DNA of 64,000 bases from Brevinema sp. (GCA_051653605.1 JBOFWL010000145.1:328121-392120); one strand, 5' to 3'. Numbered from the stretch's first letter, positions 1-10,388 are shown. Numbers and translations are program-made. Notes: generated by a model from the sequence alone, not told the origin.

Positions 1-2
1 TC

Positions 3-41
3 AAAAAACAACCCTCTGTAAAATGAAGGTTGTTTTTTTTT
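3..41 (+). terminator. Rho-independent terminator of a + strand gene lying upstream of the window
   Basis: AAAAAACAACC (3-13) pairs with GGTTGTTTTTT (28-38) and runs into a T-tract ending at 41. The 14-nt loop is large. Confidence 0.45.
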
Positions 42-173
42 GTAAAAAAAGGAAGAAATACCTCATGATTTCGAGTAGATTTCCGAATTATGTTATGGAA
101 GGAGGAGAGAAACTCAAGTTGAGTTTACAAGAGATAGAAAAATAAAAAAAAAACTCACTTTTTCTATCACTAT

Positions 174-181
174 ACCGAAAA
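174..181 (+). promoter_or_regulatory. sigma28 (FliA)-like -10 box upstream of flaB
   Basis: ACCGAAAA matches the consensus GCCGATAA at 6/8. There is no clean TAAA -35 at N15. It would place the TSS at about 188-190, at the foot of the leader hairpin. Confidence 0.3.
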
Positions 182-187
182 ATAAAC

Positions 188-236
188 AAGTGCAAGGATG
201 CACTTGAATATATAATTTTAGACATCATGGAGGATG
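188..236 (+). promoter_or_regulatory. Two CsrA-type GGAUG sites in the flaB 5' leader
   Basis: AAGTGCA-AGGA-TGCACTT (188-205) is a perfect 7-bp stem presenting AGGA in the loop. A second GGATG lies inside the GGAGGA Shine-Dalgarno (229-236). Confidence 0.45.
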
Positions 237-238
237 TT

Positions 239-1111
239 ATGATTATTAACAATAATGTTGGGGCTTTGTTTGGTAACCGTCAGTTATTTAACAACAATTT
301 GGCAAGTCAAAAAACAATGGAAACATTGTCTTCTGGTCTTCGTATCAACAGAGCTGGAGATGACGCATCTGGTCTTGCAGTTTCAGAAAAAATGCGTACT
401 CAAATCCGTGGTCTTAACCGCGCGAATATGAACGTTCAGGATGATATTTCTTTCATTCAAACAACAGAAGGATATCTTGCAGAAACAACAAATATTCTTC
501 AACGTGTTCGTGAATTAGCTGTGCAATCTGCCAACGGTATTTATACCAATGAAGATCGTGGTTATATTCAGGTTGAAGTTGCTCAAATGGTTTCTGAAAT
601 CGATCGTATTGCATCACAAGCTCAATTTAACGGCTTGAAAATGCTTACAGGTCTTTTCGCAAAACCTACTGCTGAAAATCCTGCACAAGCATCTATGTAT
701 TTCCATGTTGGTGCAAATATGGATGAACGTATCCGTGCTTATGTTGGAACAATGAACTCTCAAGCTCTTGGATTGAAAAATCCTGTTGGCAACCCTGCTA
801 CAGCATCTTTCATTTCTATCAGCACACAAGATCAAGCAAACTCTGTAATTGGTCTCGTGGATCAAGCTTTAATGAGAGTTAACTCTCAACGATCTGATCT
901 CGGAGCAATGCAAAACCGTCTTGAATCTGCATCACGTTCTATCATGACAGGTGCTGAAAATATGCAAGCATCTGAATCTCGTATCCGAGATACAGATATG
1001 GCTCGTGCTTCCAGCACTCATGCTCGAAACCAGGTCATGATGCAAGCTGCTACAGCTATGTTGGCTCAAGCCAACCAACAACCCCAAATGGTTCTCAACT
1101 TGCTGCGCTAG
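239..1111 (+). CDS. flaB: Flagellar filament core protein FlaB (flagellin)
   Basis: ORF 227-1111. The in-frame ATG at 239 lies 4 nt after GGAGGA and gives MIINNN..., the typical spirochaete FlaB N-terminus. It has the flagellin N helix [27 protein letters not shown] and the C-terminal [18 protein letters not shown]. At about 290 aa it has no variable middle domain. Confidence 0.95.
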   Translation: MIINNNVGALFGNRQLFNNNLASQKTMETLSSGLRINRAGDDASGLAVSEKMRTQIRGLNRANMNVQDDISFIQTTEGYLAETTNILQRVRELAVQSANGIYTNEDRGYIQVEVAQMVSEIDRIASQAQFNGLKMLTGLFAKPTAENPAQASMYFHVGANMDERIRAYVGTMNSQALGLKNPVGNPATASFISISTQDQANSVIGLVDQALMRVNSQRSDLGAMQNRLESASRSIMTGAENMQASESRIRDTDMARASSTHARNQVMMQAATAMLAQANQQPQMVLNLLR

Positions 1112-1124
1112 AAAATACGCGCAT

Positions 1125-1157
1125 AAAAGCCTCCCAATTTTTGGGAGGCTTTTTTTA
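1125..1157 (+). terminator. flaB intrinsic terminator
   Basis: AAAAGCCTCCCA (1125-1136) pairs with TGGGAGGCTTTT (1142-1153) around a 5-nt loop, followed by a T-run. Confidence 0.85.
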
Positions 1158-1177
1158 TTATCAGAGGATTTCATCCA

Positions 1178-1210
1178 TATAAAAGCCACCCTATTGCTAG
1201 GGTGGCTTTC
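1178..1210 (-). terminator. bamA intrinsic terminator
   Basis: An 11-bp stem AAAGCCACCCT/AGGGTGGCTTT (1182-1192/1199-1209) has a 6-nt loop and TTTT on the minus strand. It lies 10 nt after the bamA stop. Confidence 0.7.
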
Positions 1211-1219
1211 ACTATAAAC

Positions 1220-3673
1220 TTAGAATAAACCTTGTATTGAGAATACAAACTGCCAGTCTTTCCAGAAATCTCCAGAGGCTGTAGGCTTAAACGTGCCTTC
1301 TCTCCACTCAAAGGGGCGAGCAACATAGAGGCGAATAGGCAGAATTGGTAAGTTAATCGCAATTCCTAGCCCCATACTCATGATATATCCAGAAGTATTA
1401 AGAGAGAATTGATGATATTCAGAGAAAATAGCTCCAATATCCATAAATCCAACCAGACCAATAAAATCCCAAACAGGGAAACGAAGTTCCATTGAGAAAT
1501 AAGATAGAGATTGTCCTCTAACAGCGAAGTTAATCCAACCACGCATTCGATAAACACCATCAAAAGACTGTCTATTTGCATCTCGGAAGTCAAATAGCCC
1601 ATTCAAATAAGGGAATAAGAAGCCCATATCATAGTGGAATACCCACGTTACTTTAAGATCTTTTCCAAAAGATGGGATAGAAAACAGTTTATAATAGAAA
1701 TCAAAACTTCCCGTGAGCGAGATAAAGTGAATATTTCCACCTAATCCATAGCCAGAAAAGCCAAGATAAGTACTTGCATTAATCCCTCGAGTAGGCCACA
1801 GGCCTCCATCGGTATTATTAAATCGTAAAGTAAAGTAGAGAGTATTTTGAATAGTCCAGCCAAAATTGAATGAGTCAATTAATTCTCTATCAACCCTCCA
1901 TCCATTATCGAAAATGAGAGGCCTTGAAAGTTCTCTTGCTTTATAATCGAGGAAAATATTAAAATCAAAACCAACACCTGCATTCCAGTAAACAGCAAAC
2001 TGGGCGCCTAGAGATGCCCCTAAGCGGAATTGCAACCTCGTATATTGGGAACTTGAAGAATATGTATCCGGAATAATATTTGGATTATTAAGATAATTAA
2101 GATCTGTTCCATCAATAACGCCATCATTATTTTCATCCGCAGGAACCGAGGTATAGACTGTATTATAAACCCCAGCCGTAACGCTAAAAGAAAACGGTGA
2201 TAGGAAAACAAAGGGGTTTGTAAAAGTAATCTCACCAAGCTGACGAAACTGCCCATATTCCCCTCTAACAGAGAGGTACCAGCCTCGCCCACCAAGGTTT
2301 CTCTCGGCAATCTTTACACCAATAACAAATCCACTAACGGTTCCCCAGCCACCATTTAACTCTATCTGCCCTGTCTGGTTTTCACTGATTGCAAATTCTA
2401 GATCAATCAAGCCATCAATAGCTGATGGTTGAGGGATAGGGCGAACATCTGTAAAGAATTGAGTTTGTCCAAGGCGATTTAAACTTTGTTCTACTTTTCG
2501 GCTAACAAAAATTTCGCCTTCTGACACCTGAATAAGGTGCCGAATAACACTAGGGTATGTTTTCCAGTTGCCAGTAATAATAATATTATTAATGTGAGAA
2601 CGTTTTCCTTCGGTGATGACAAAAACAGTATCAATAATACGTCCATCACGTTTAGGTTGAAGTGTTGAAACATTCGCAAAAAGATAGCCATTATCTGAAT
2701 ATTTCTTATAAATAGCAGCCCGGATCATCTCTATTTTTTCTTGATCGTAGACACTTCCTTCTTTAAGAGAAAGATAACGCTCAAGCTCCGAAAGAGTGAG
2801 AACATTATAGCCTTCAAAACTAAAATTACCAGCGGTATATTGTTCGCCCTCGTTGATGCCGATACGAATAACAATACCTCGTGTAACTTTCGTCACTTCA
2901 CCCTGTTTGTTTACGGAGGGGATATCTTCGATGGTCCAACTAAAATTAGTTATTTCTGCATCAAAATAGCCATTTTTTTTATAAAGAGCAAGTATTCGTT
3001 CTCGATCTGCAAGAAACTCTTCTTCTTTAAGAACTCCACTTTGAATAACCCACTGCTGTTTTCTTGTTTTCATCACCCCTAAGATTTTCTTAGGACGAAT
3101 CTTAACTGCCCCATGGATATCTACATTTCGGACAACAATTTTTGGGCCTTCAACAACAGTGTAGATAAGATCATAATAACCAGGGAGTTGCGCAACGGGT
3201 TCGATGCTGTACTGAACATCTGCTTCGAGAAAGCCTTCTGATCGATAGTATTCTTTAATACGATAAACAGCTGTTCTCGCTCTTGCTTCTCGAAAAGCCT
3301 TCCCTGAAGAAAGATCGTTAAGTTCTTTAACTTTTGAGGTTTTGCCTAAACTGACCCCACGGAATATAACTCGATCCAAAAGAGACTCTTCCGCAACAGT
3401 AAACGTAACAACGACGCCCACTGTAGATTGCGTTGTTGCAACACGGACACTTCGAAATCGCTGCATTGCGTTAAGATCTTTAACGGCTTGATTTAGCCCT
3501 CTTTGATCAAAAACGCTACCAGGCCTTAGGTGAATCGCTGCTAATGCATCATTGTAGGATGTCGCAACAAGTCCTTCAAAGCGAATTTCAGCTACCGTAG
3601 AAGTAGGTTGTTGTGCAAAAACACCACTACCTAAAATAAAAAAAACGAGAAGTAAAGATCTAATCCATTTCAT
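1220..3673 (-). CDS. bamA: Outer membrane protein assembly factor BamA (Omp85 family)
   Basis: 817 aa with signal peptide MKWIRSLLLVFFILGSGVFAQQ. It has N-terminal POTRA-like repeats and a C-terminal beta-barrel rich in aromatic/Gly alternation that ends in ...FSIQGLF. Confidence 0.9.
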   Translation of the reverse strand: MKWIRSLLLVFFILGSGVFAQQPTSTVAEIRFEGLVATSYNDALAAIHLRPGSVFDQRGLNQAVKDLNAMQRFRSVRVATTQSTVGVVVTFTVAEESLLDRVIFRGVSLGKTSKVKELNDLSSGKAFREARARTAVYRIKEYYRSEGFLEADVQYSIEPVAQLPGYYDLIYTVVEGPKIVVRNVDIHGAVKIRPKKILGVMKTRKQQWVIQSGVLKEEEFLADRERILALYKKNGYFDAEITNFSWTIEDIPSVNKQGEVTKVTRGIVIRIGINEGEQYTAGNFSFEGYNVLTLSELERYLSLKEGSVYDQEKIEMIRAAIYKKYSDNGYLFANVSTLQPKRDGRIIDTVFVITEGKRSHINNIIITGNWKTYPSVIRHLIQVSEGEIFVSRKVEQSLNRLGQTQFFTDVRPIPQPSAIDGLIDLEFAISENQTGQIELNGGWGTVSGFVIGVKIAERNLGGRGWYLSVRGEYGQFRQLGEITFTNPFVFLSPFSFSVTAGVYNTVYTSVPADENNDGVIDGTDLNYLNNPNIIPDTYSSSSQYTRLQFRLGASLGAQFAVYWNAGVGFDFNIFLDYKARELSRPLIFDNGWRVDRELIDSFNFGWTIQNTLYFTLRFNNTDGGLWPTRGINASTYLGFSGYGLGGNIHFISLTGSFDFYYKLFSIPSFGKDLKVTWVFHYDMGFLFPYLNGLFDFRDANRQSFDGVYRMRGWINFAVRGQSLSYFSMELRFPVWDFIGLVGFMDIGAIFSEYHQFSLNTSGYIMSMGLGIAINLPILPIRLYVARPFEWREGTFKPTASGDFWKDWQFVFSIQGLF

Positions 3674-3730
3674 AAGTCACCATCATCTACCTTTAATTAT
3701 TTGCCCGAAATCACTACACACAAACCAGTT

Positions 3731-3759
3731 ATTATATATGATTTGTATATAATTATCAA
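3731..3759 (-). promoter_or_regulatory. sigma70 promoter for bamA
   Basis: On the minus strand: TTGATA (3759-3754), N17, TATAAT (3736-3731), in the 110-bp tamB-bamA spacer. Confidence 0.65.
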
Positions 3760-3783
3760 GTTTTATCATTATCCCCATGGGTT

Positions 3784-6700
3784 CTATTCAAAAATAGGTT
3801 CTCTCGATTGAGTTCCTATTGACTCTATTCGCCGGTCTGGCGGTTTATAACCAAAACTTCGGCGGAAGCTTGTTTCGAGCAGTAATTCATATTGGTATTC
3901 CGTTGTCGGATTAGCCGCCCCAGACTGCGCAGAGCTAATCGGTGGATCAACAAGAATACGTCCATTAACACCAAATGACATTTGCCATAAAGTAGGTGTA
4001 CGATAATCATAAATAACACCAAGTTTGTATTGTTGTTGAAGATATGTATCAACAACATTGTTTTGCGGCGCCTCAAATCGAATACTTCCTCTTAATTGTA
4101 AACTCGGAATGTTGGGAACATTAACCCCCAATTCTACCTCCGAACCATTAAGAAGAGATAGTCCACTCACTGTGTTTCCTAAGGAAGATGCTCGAACTAG
4201 GTTACCAAGAACATCTGTTTTAAGCTGAATAGTATCAAAAAATCCTAAAGCGCGGCGAAGACGCTGTGTTAATGGAGCAATAAATAGTGCATTTTCGGCA
4301 ATACCTACACTAGATGCAACCGCTTCCTGAGAGCTTGAGATAATATTTGTACTATCTCGCCCTCCGCCTTCAACAGAACCAAAGCCTAGAAGGCCATAAA
4401 TTTCCGATCGAGATCGTGGAGGTGAAGAACTAAGGGCTGCAAGCTCGATCTCAGGAAGTTTTCCTCGGAAATCAACATTAACCGTCACCTGATCCCCTTG
4501 GCTTTCTCTTGCCGTAGAAGAAGCAGCAACGCTAACTGTTGGGAAAGGATCCCCAGAATCTCCACTAAAAAATAGGTTTCCTGTTTCAATTTTTAGGTCT
4601 CGCCCAAGATAATTGATCGTCCCACCCTGAATTGGCATGCTTCCCTTAATAGCAAAAGTATTATCGCCAAGGCTTCCATTAATATGCAAAGTTTGATTTT
4701 GTTGAAATCTAAAATCAAAAAGTTGATTGAGAAATCGGGCGCTATTGGCAAGATTAAAATCAATATCAAAATTTAAAGAAGCAAGAATTGCATTTATAAA
4801 TTCATTGGGAGTTTGTTCCCCAGTTCCTGTAAGAAGATCTTGAAGCTCGAAGTTAATATTCATGTTTCTACCATGAATTACAGATCGTACTCCAATATCT
4901 CCAGCACCCCCTGCAATAGTGAGATATTCCAAAGCGGTTTGCCCACTTACAGAAAGGTAAGGAATGTTTAATCTCCAATTTAGAGAAGATGCATTCGTGC
5001 CTTCGCCATTTTTTGAGTATAAATTCAATTTTAAATCTTGAATACTTCTATCCTGAATATTAATCCATCCTTCTAGCCCAAAAGTATCACGTCCACCAGC
5101 TAAAATCGTGGTATCAGGGATGATAATTCGATTTTGCTTCACTAAAATAGTATTACGTTCTGGTAGCCTTAACTGATTTCTTAATGCCGTTGTTTTGAGT
5201 AAGACATTCTCAAAGACAACATCCCCATTAATAATAGGGTTATCAATAGAGCCTTCGGCCTTGAGGTGAATTTCAGCAATGCCATCTATTTTGCTGATGG
5301 GTTTATTTAGATTGAGTTTTTTCAAAACGGCATGTCCATTAACATAGCCAGACATTGTAGTTGTTGTATTACGACCTTCAGACATAAGTTTTAAGGCATC
5401 AGACTGGAAGATAACATTCCATATACCGCCATTGGTATTGAAATCATAGTAACCAGAAATGCCATATCTAGGGTCGTCTGAAATAAAAACAAGCCTTGTT
5501 CCCTCTTGAATAATTTTTCCAGACATCTGCATAGAGCCTTTGGATAAAACATAAAGATTGGGAATCTGGTAGGAAAGTATACTCATATCATCATCTTTTT
5601 TGATTGAAAGCTTCATCCCTGTTTTGATAGAATTTCCAAAAATTGCAAGTGCCCCAGTAAGATCAGCATCAAAATCATTAGGATTTTTTTGGCTGAAACG
5701 AATATTTCCATCCATATTATAGCTTGGGTGTCTCAATCTGAGGTTTTGAAGAATAATATCTCCCCCAACTTTAGCAAAACGCTGGGTTGCAAGCTGGAAA
5801 GCAGGATTATCAATAGGGTCAGCAGATCGAGAACGACTTCCTCTAATTACAGAAGACTCAACCTTATCCGCAGCATCACCAACTAAATTGAAGCTTCCTT
5901 CGATATCAGGATTTGCTAGCTGCCCATTGAGATTCACTTTGAAATTGGCATAAATAATTTCTGTGCTGGAATCTTGTAATGAAGAAAGAGGGCCAAAAAT
6001 TGGCAAACTAAATAACTCATCGATGCGATAATCTCGAAGATCAAGCGCTGCTTTCCACGTGTACTCACCTGTGATAAACTGAAGGCTACCACCCTGATCA
6101 AAACGAACAGCTCCTCCAATTCCTTCTCTCACATCAATATAGCCTTGACCAGAAAGAAGCTGATTGTCTAAGCCTGCTCTAAAATACTCAAGAGGCAGGT
6201 ATCCTTGCGAACCAGACGAGGCAAAATCAAGAGTTACCAAGCGATCAGCAACTTCCCATCGACCTTTTTGGAAAGAAAAACCCTTCCAGCCATCAAGAGC
6301 AAATTTAAACATCAAATCTCCTGTGAGATTTCCGCCAACTAGTAATTTTTCTAGAGGATATTTATTGAAATTAAACATTAAATCGACATCTGTCCCTAAA
6401 GCCACCGCATTGACGGGAACTATATTATCCACTAAGCCACCGACTTCTGTTCTATCATCACTAATGACAACCTTGGCAACAATAGGTATAACCATTTGAT
6501 CATCATCCAAAAGCATTGTTTCATCATGCGAAGCCCCAACCTTAGCATTCGCTGTAATGCCTATTTTGGTGTTAGTTCGTCCACCATCAATGGTGACATC
6601 TCCCTGAAGAAGAATTTTTTGAGCCATAAAATATAAACGTGGCACTGTGATCATTTCATTAGTAAAGTGCATTTCGATTTCAATCTGTTTTTCACTGTCT

Positions 6701-8310
6701 TGAAATCCAATAACATCTCCATCAACTAGCACTTCGGCAAACCTACCTGCCTTGGTGATACGAACATCTCCTTGATAAATCGAAGTATGAAGACCAAAAA
6801 CAGTAAGGTAAGTATTTTTTGCAAGAAAATCGCCATCCAATCGTACTGCTTTAAGAAGAACATCAACGGTACTACTTCCCACATCAACAAAAACATCAAC
6901 GTCATTCGAAAAAGCTAGAGGTTTTATGAGTAACTTTCCGCCGGGTTCAATGCCAAGATCAACTCTTGCATTCCCAATTCGCCCTCCGTTCATGGCAGCA
7001 TCATATACCGTGATATCCAGCGCATTTCTATTGGATATATTTTTGGCAATAGCATGCCCTGAAAAAACAAGACCCGGCAACAAAAATCGCACGTTGTCAA
7101 GGTCGAGAACCCCGTAGGGTAGAGGAATTAAACCTTTTCTATCCTTAAAATTAAAACCAAGATCACCTTTTAGGTTACCAAAAAAATGAGTTTTAATATC
7201 AAGGGGGAAAGCATAGGTTCCATCATTTCTAGGGTAAAATTCAAGATTAGCACCAATATTAGGGTGATCTGGCGATGTAATAGAAAGAAGCGCCGTCCAG
7301 TCGGGATTGTTTTTGAGATCAACAGTTAAGCGATATCGCCCCGGTTTAAAAGCATAGTCTAAAGCCTGATATTCTTCGTATTTATCATACTTAATAAGAA
7401 ATGGCCTGTCTATTTTTAGAGTAAAATCTTTTGCGTCACCTTGTAAGGCCATATTATTGGAAGATCCCTCAAATTGATTGAGCGCATTAAAGCTCAACGC
7501 TCCCTTATTTAGTGAGAAATTAAGCAACATTTTCTCTTCATCCCTTTGAGAAACAACAGGTAAGCCTCCCAAGTTTAGGCGAGAAATTAAAACATCAAAG
7601 AATCCATCAACAAGATTAAAATTAGTGATAACACCCTCACTTTTCGCATTAAGAGTGAGAATATCTACTTGATTACTCCAACGAGTAATGATATTGAGAT
7701 CGGTTTTCCATGTAGCTGTATCATTTTTTATAAAAGCATAAGCACTATTTATTGTGGCATCAACGCGATAATGACCTAAAGCACGAATCGTAGCAGCTGT
7801 ATTCCGTATTCGAAGATCAAAAACCATCTTAGCTGGATCAAATTGAATAGCCGATGGCTTTTCAGGGCTAGAAGGCTCTTTATCTGTAGAGGGATATTGA
7901 TTGGCAAGCCTATTACGAAACTCTTTGAGAGCATAAGTATGAAATTCTACAGAAGTCTTGTTGATGATAAAACTAGCAGGGATTAACTCCCATTTGCGAG
8001 TGAAAACATGCCACAAGCGATATCTAAAATAAATATCTTCAAGTTCTAAATTAATCTCATCATCGATGATAATTTCGACGCGATTGATACTGATAAAAAT
8101 AAAAGGTAGGTTAGAAATACCATTAATCTTAACTTCTCTAGCACCTACAGCCGTTTTAATAGCCGCTGTAATTGAGGGTTTAGCAATCAATAACCCAACA
8201 TTCACAATGCCAAGAAATAAAATATAGACAAGAGCAATTCGAAATAGCATTCGAACCGTTTTTTGACTGATATGAATAGAAAAGTGTTTTTTCTTATCTT
8301 TTTGCATCAC
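3784..8310 (-). CDS. tamB: Translocation and assembly module protein TamB-like (DUF490/AsmA-like)
   Basis: 1508 aa with an N-terminal membrane anchor (LFRIALVYILFLGIVNVGLLIA) and a very long beta-rich body. It sits immediately upstream of bamA on the same strand, the synteny known for Borrelia BB0794-BB0795. Confidence 0.8.
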   Translation of the reverse strand: MMQKDKKKHFSIHISQKTVRMLFRIALVYILFLGIVNVGLLIAKPSITAAIKTAVGAREVKINGISNLPFIFISINRVEIIIDDEINLELEDIYFRYRLWHVFTRKWELIPASFIINKTSVEFHTYALKEFRNRLANQYPSTDKEPSSPEKPSAIQFDPAKMVFDLRIRNTAATIRALGHYRVDATINSAYAFIKNDTATWKTDLNIITRWSNQVDILTLNAKSEGVITNFNLVDGFFDVLISRLNLGGLPVVSQRDEEKMLLNFSLNKGALSFNALNQFEGSSNNMALQGDAKDFTLKIDRPFLIKYDKYEEYQALDYAFKPGRYRLTVDLKNNPDWTALLSITSPDHPNIGANLEFYPRNDGTYAFPLDIKTHFFGNLKGDLGFNFKDRKGLIPLPYGVLDLDNVRFLLPGLVFSGHAIAKNISNRNALDITVYDAAMNGGRIGNARVDLGIEPGGKLLIKPLAFSNDVDVFVDVGSSTVDVLLKAVRLDGDFLAKNTYLTVFGLHTSIYQGDVRITKAGRFAEVLVDGDVIGFQDSEKQIEIEMHFTNEMITVPRLYFMAQKILLQGDVTIDGGRTNTKIGITANAKVGASHDETMLLDDDQMVIPIVAKVVISDDRTEVGGLVDNIVPVNAVALGTDVDLMFNFNKYPLEKLLVGGNLTGDLMFKFALDGWKGFSFQKGRWEVADRLVTLDFASSGSQGYLPLEYFRAGLDNQLLSGQGYIDVREGIGGAVRFDQGGSLQFITGEYTWKAALDLRDYRIDELFSLPIFGPLSSLQDSSTEIIYANFKVNLNGQLANPDIEGSFNLVGDAADKVESSVIRGSRSRSADPIDNPAFQLATQRFAKVGGDIILQNLRLRHPSYNMDGNIRFSQKNPNDFDADLTGALAIFGNSIKTGMKLSIKKDDDMSILSYQIPNLYVLSKGSMQMSGKIIQEGTRLVFISDDPRYGISGYYDFNTNGGIWNVIFQSDALKLMSEGRNTTTTMSGYVNGHAVLKKLNLNKPISKIDGIAEIHLKAEGSIDNPIINGDVVFENVLLKTTALRNQLRLPERNTILVKQNRIIIPDTTILAGGRDTFGLEGWINIQDRSIQDLKLNLYSKNGEGTNASSLNWRLNIPYLSVSGQTALEYLTIAGGAGDIGVRSVIHGRNMNINFELQDLLTGTGEQTPNEFINAILASLNFDIDFNLANSARFLNQLFDFRFQQNQTLHINGSLGDNTFAIKGSMPIQGGTINYLGRDLKIETGNLFFSGDSGDPFPTVSVAASSTARESQGDQVTVNVDFRGKLPEIELAALSSSPPRSRSEIYGLLGFGSVEGGGRDSTNIISSSQEAVASSVGIAENALFIAPLTQRLRRALGFFDTIQLKTDVLGNLVRASSLGNTVSGLSLLNGSEVELGVNVPNIPSLQLRGSIRFEAPQNNVVDTYLQQQYKLGVIYDYRTPTLWQMSFGVNGRILVDPPISSAQSGAANPTTEYQYELLLETSFRRSFGYKPPDRRIESIGTQSREPIFE

Positions 8311-8333
8311 AGTGTGGGCCTTCTCATGGTTAT

Positions 8334-10388
8334 CTAGAGACTAACTTGACTCCAAGATTGCTTTAACTCATTCAAATGTTGAATAGCAATATGGGGGTTT
8401 TTAGCTAATTCAAGAACACGTTTTTCATACTCTGAAGACAACTCCTCACGCCCATTTACCCAGTGCCAGGCAGCAAGGTGCATATAAATCTCATAATATA
8501 CAGGCAACCACCTTGTACTTTCGTCAACATAGGGAGGGGCTAACATTTTAGAGTAATTTTGTTCTTCATCAATAAGTGTAACGCTTCGTTCGAGGGAGTC
8601 AAAATAGGGGGTTGGATCATCAGCGTCTTTTACCTTCAAGCGAAATGCTTCCATAGCAACAAATGCAGCTGTATCGAGAATTTCCAAGGTTGGATTTTCC
8701 ATGCTCATTTCAATAATTTTTTTCACAATGCCTATATCCAGCCCCATATCTGATGACAGCCCATTAATATAAGCATAGTTATTAAAATTAGCCTTTATGA
8801 TATCCTGCGAGGACGAACCTAGCTTTTCAAACGCTTGTGTAATATTAAGCCGTGCTCGTGCCATAAGGATTTGTTTATCTTGATTTGTTTTGAGCCACTG
8901 AGAAGAATAAAAATCGGCTAAATCGAAGTGTAATAGAACTTTCTGATCAGGAGAAGCCTTTTCTAAAGCGATTTTTTCAAGGGCTAAAGCTTCATCATAT
9001 CTACCTGTTTTTATTGCAATTTTAGCTTGAATAATAAACGAATCAGGAGTGGCTTTCCCTTTTTTCCGTTGATACAAGCCAAGGTATTTCTGGATTTCTT
9101 CTTCACTTTGCTCATCCTGAATGATAATTCTCATAATTGTGTCCAATGCTTCTGAATAATATCGTGAATTGGTAAATCTTAAATGTTTTCTAAAATTTTC
9201 AATGGCCTTTGGATAGTTGTTTTCTCTGAGATAAATTCGCCCAATGAGGTAGCTTTTTTCTCCATTTTCATTTTCATCAATATCATTAAGGTAGGATAAG
9301 GCAAGCTTATTTTTACCCACCAGATAAGACATTCCTCCAAGGCTTGCGGCAACGGGTTGAATCTCGTCTTTAAGCTGAAGGCGTTTCATCTGTTTATAAC
9401 GAAGATCGAGATAGAACCAAGGATTTTCCGTGCGAAGAGGAGTGCCCACAGTACCATCTAATGCAATCATAGAGCGAGATGTTAAGCCTCGTCGATAAAG
9501 AGACAAAGCTTGTTCATAAGGCGAGAGCGGAGTTTTCTTTGATGAAAGAACAGAGTCCATAAGACGAAGTGATTCTTTTGATCCATCGGCAAATAAAATA
9601 CCTAAAAATAATTCTCGCTGGTCTTGATCAAAATTATTAATATTAAGAGCATGAAGATGCTTAGCCGCATAGGCAAAGTTAAGAAAATCCACCTCTGAGC
9701 TAAGCAGGCTACCCATCGGCTGTTGGTGGATCATATACGCAAGCCTCCAAAAGGAAAGAGCCTTACGGCGATCCCCCAAGGCGTTGTATGCAAGAGCCAT
9801 AAATTCACGGGCTTGAGAAACGTAATATTTTTCTACCTGAGTTGAAGGAGTAGAGCCTGCAACAAAAGAATTATATTGAATAAGTTCAAAAGGATTAATG
9901 GGTTGTTTTCGTTCTTGCCTACGAATAAGTTGCATGGCAACAATATAGCCACGCATTCCATTAGCGATAATGCTTTGAGGATGGTGAGAAAGATAGAGAT
10001 CAATCGTTTTTTGTGCCAGCAAATAATCACCTGTACTTACAGATTGATGAAGAAAGAGTTGTAAAATTCTTTGGGCATCAGTTTCGGGCAAAACATCACT
10101 TTTAATGAGTTCAAACAACCGTTGCCCAATACTATCAGCATCTGGCTGAGATAATCTTTCTGTCTGGAGTAAGGCAAAATATACACTAAGTAATGTTTGA
10201 GCAACCTGGGAATCTGGAACTTTCGCGAAAAGGGTTTCTAATAAAGAACGTGCCTGTTGATAATCTTGAGCATAAACATATTCCAAAGCAAGAACATACT
10301 GTTGCTGGTTTGAAGACAAAGAAGCTGGAGCCTTTGCCATAACTGATGTAGAAAAAAAACACAGTAAAAGAAAAAAATAAACTTTCAT
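8334..10388 (-). CDS. Exported TPR-repeat protein
   Basis: ORF 8334-10466. I prefer the ATG at 10388 (MKVYFFLLLCFFSTSVMA signal peptide), which is preceded by GGAGGAG. There are multiple TPR-like units, e.g. GRIYLRENNYPKAIENFRKHL and TGRYDEALALEKIALEKASPD. Its stop lies 23 nt upstream of the tamB start. Confidence 0.7.
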   Translation of the reverse strand: MKVYFFLLLCFFSTSVMAKAPASLSSNQQQYVLALEYVYAQDYQQARSLLETLFAKVPDSQVAQTLLSVYFALLQTERLSQPDADSIGQRLFELIKSDVLPETDAQRILQLFLHQSVSTGDYLLAQKTIDLYLSHHPQSIIANGMRGYIVAMQLIRRQERKQPINPFELIQYNSFVAGSTPSTQVEKYYVSQAREFMALAYNALGDRRKALSFWRLAYMIHQQPMGSLLSSEVDFLNFAYAAKHLHALNINNFDQDQRELFLGILFADGSKESLRLMDSVLSSKKTPLSPYEQALSLYRRGLTSRSMIALDGTVGTPLRTENPWFYLDLRYKQMKRLQLKDEIQPVAASLGGMSYLVGKNKLALSYLNDIDENENGEKSYLIGRIYLRENNYPKAIENFRKHLRFTNSRYYSEALDTIMRIIIQDEQSEEEIQKYLGLYQRKKGKATPDSFIIQAKIAIKTGRYDEALALEKIALEKASPDQKVLLHFDLADFYSSQWLKTNQDKQILMARARLNITQAFEKLGSSSQDIIKANFNNYAYINGLSSDMGLDIGIVKKIIEMSMENPTLEILDTAAFVAMEAFRLKVKDADDPTPYFDSLERSVTLIDEEQNYSKMLAPPYVDESTRWLPVYYEIYMHLAAWHWVNGREELSSEYEKRVLELAKNPHIAIQHLNELKQSWSQVSL

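Noticed and set aside
211-216. A TATAAT hexamer in the flaB leader as a sigma70 promoter.
   Set aside because: There is no acceptable -35 seventeen nt upstream; that position is the GC-rich stem AAGTGC. It remains the main alternative that would invalidate the CsrA hairpin model, so it is listed as a refutation test.
2741-3082. A 113-aa + strand ORF, along with the other 60-140 aa ORFs nested in bamA, tamB, pyrG, atpA, atpB, fliY and pth.
   Set aside because: All are antisense or out of frame within long conserved genes. They are AT-rich-codon artefacts without ribosome-binding sites.
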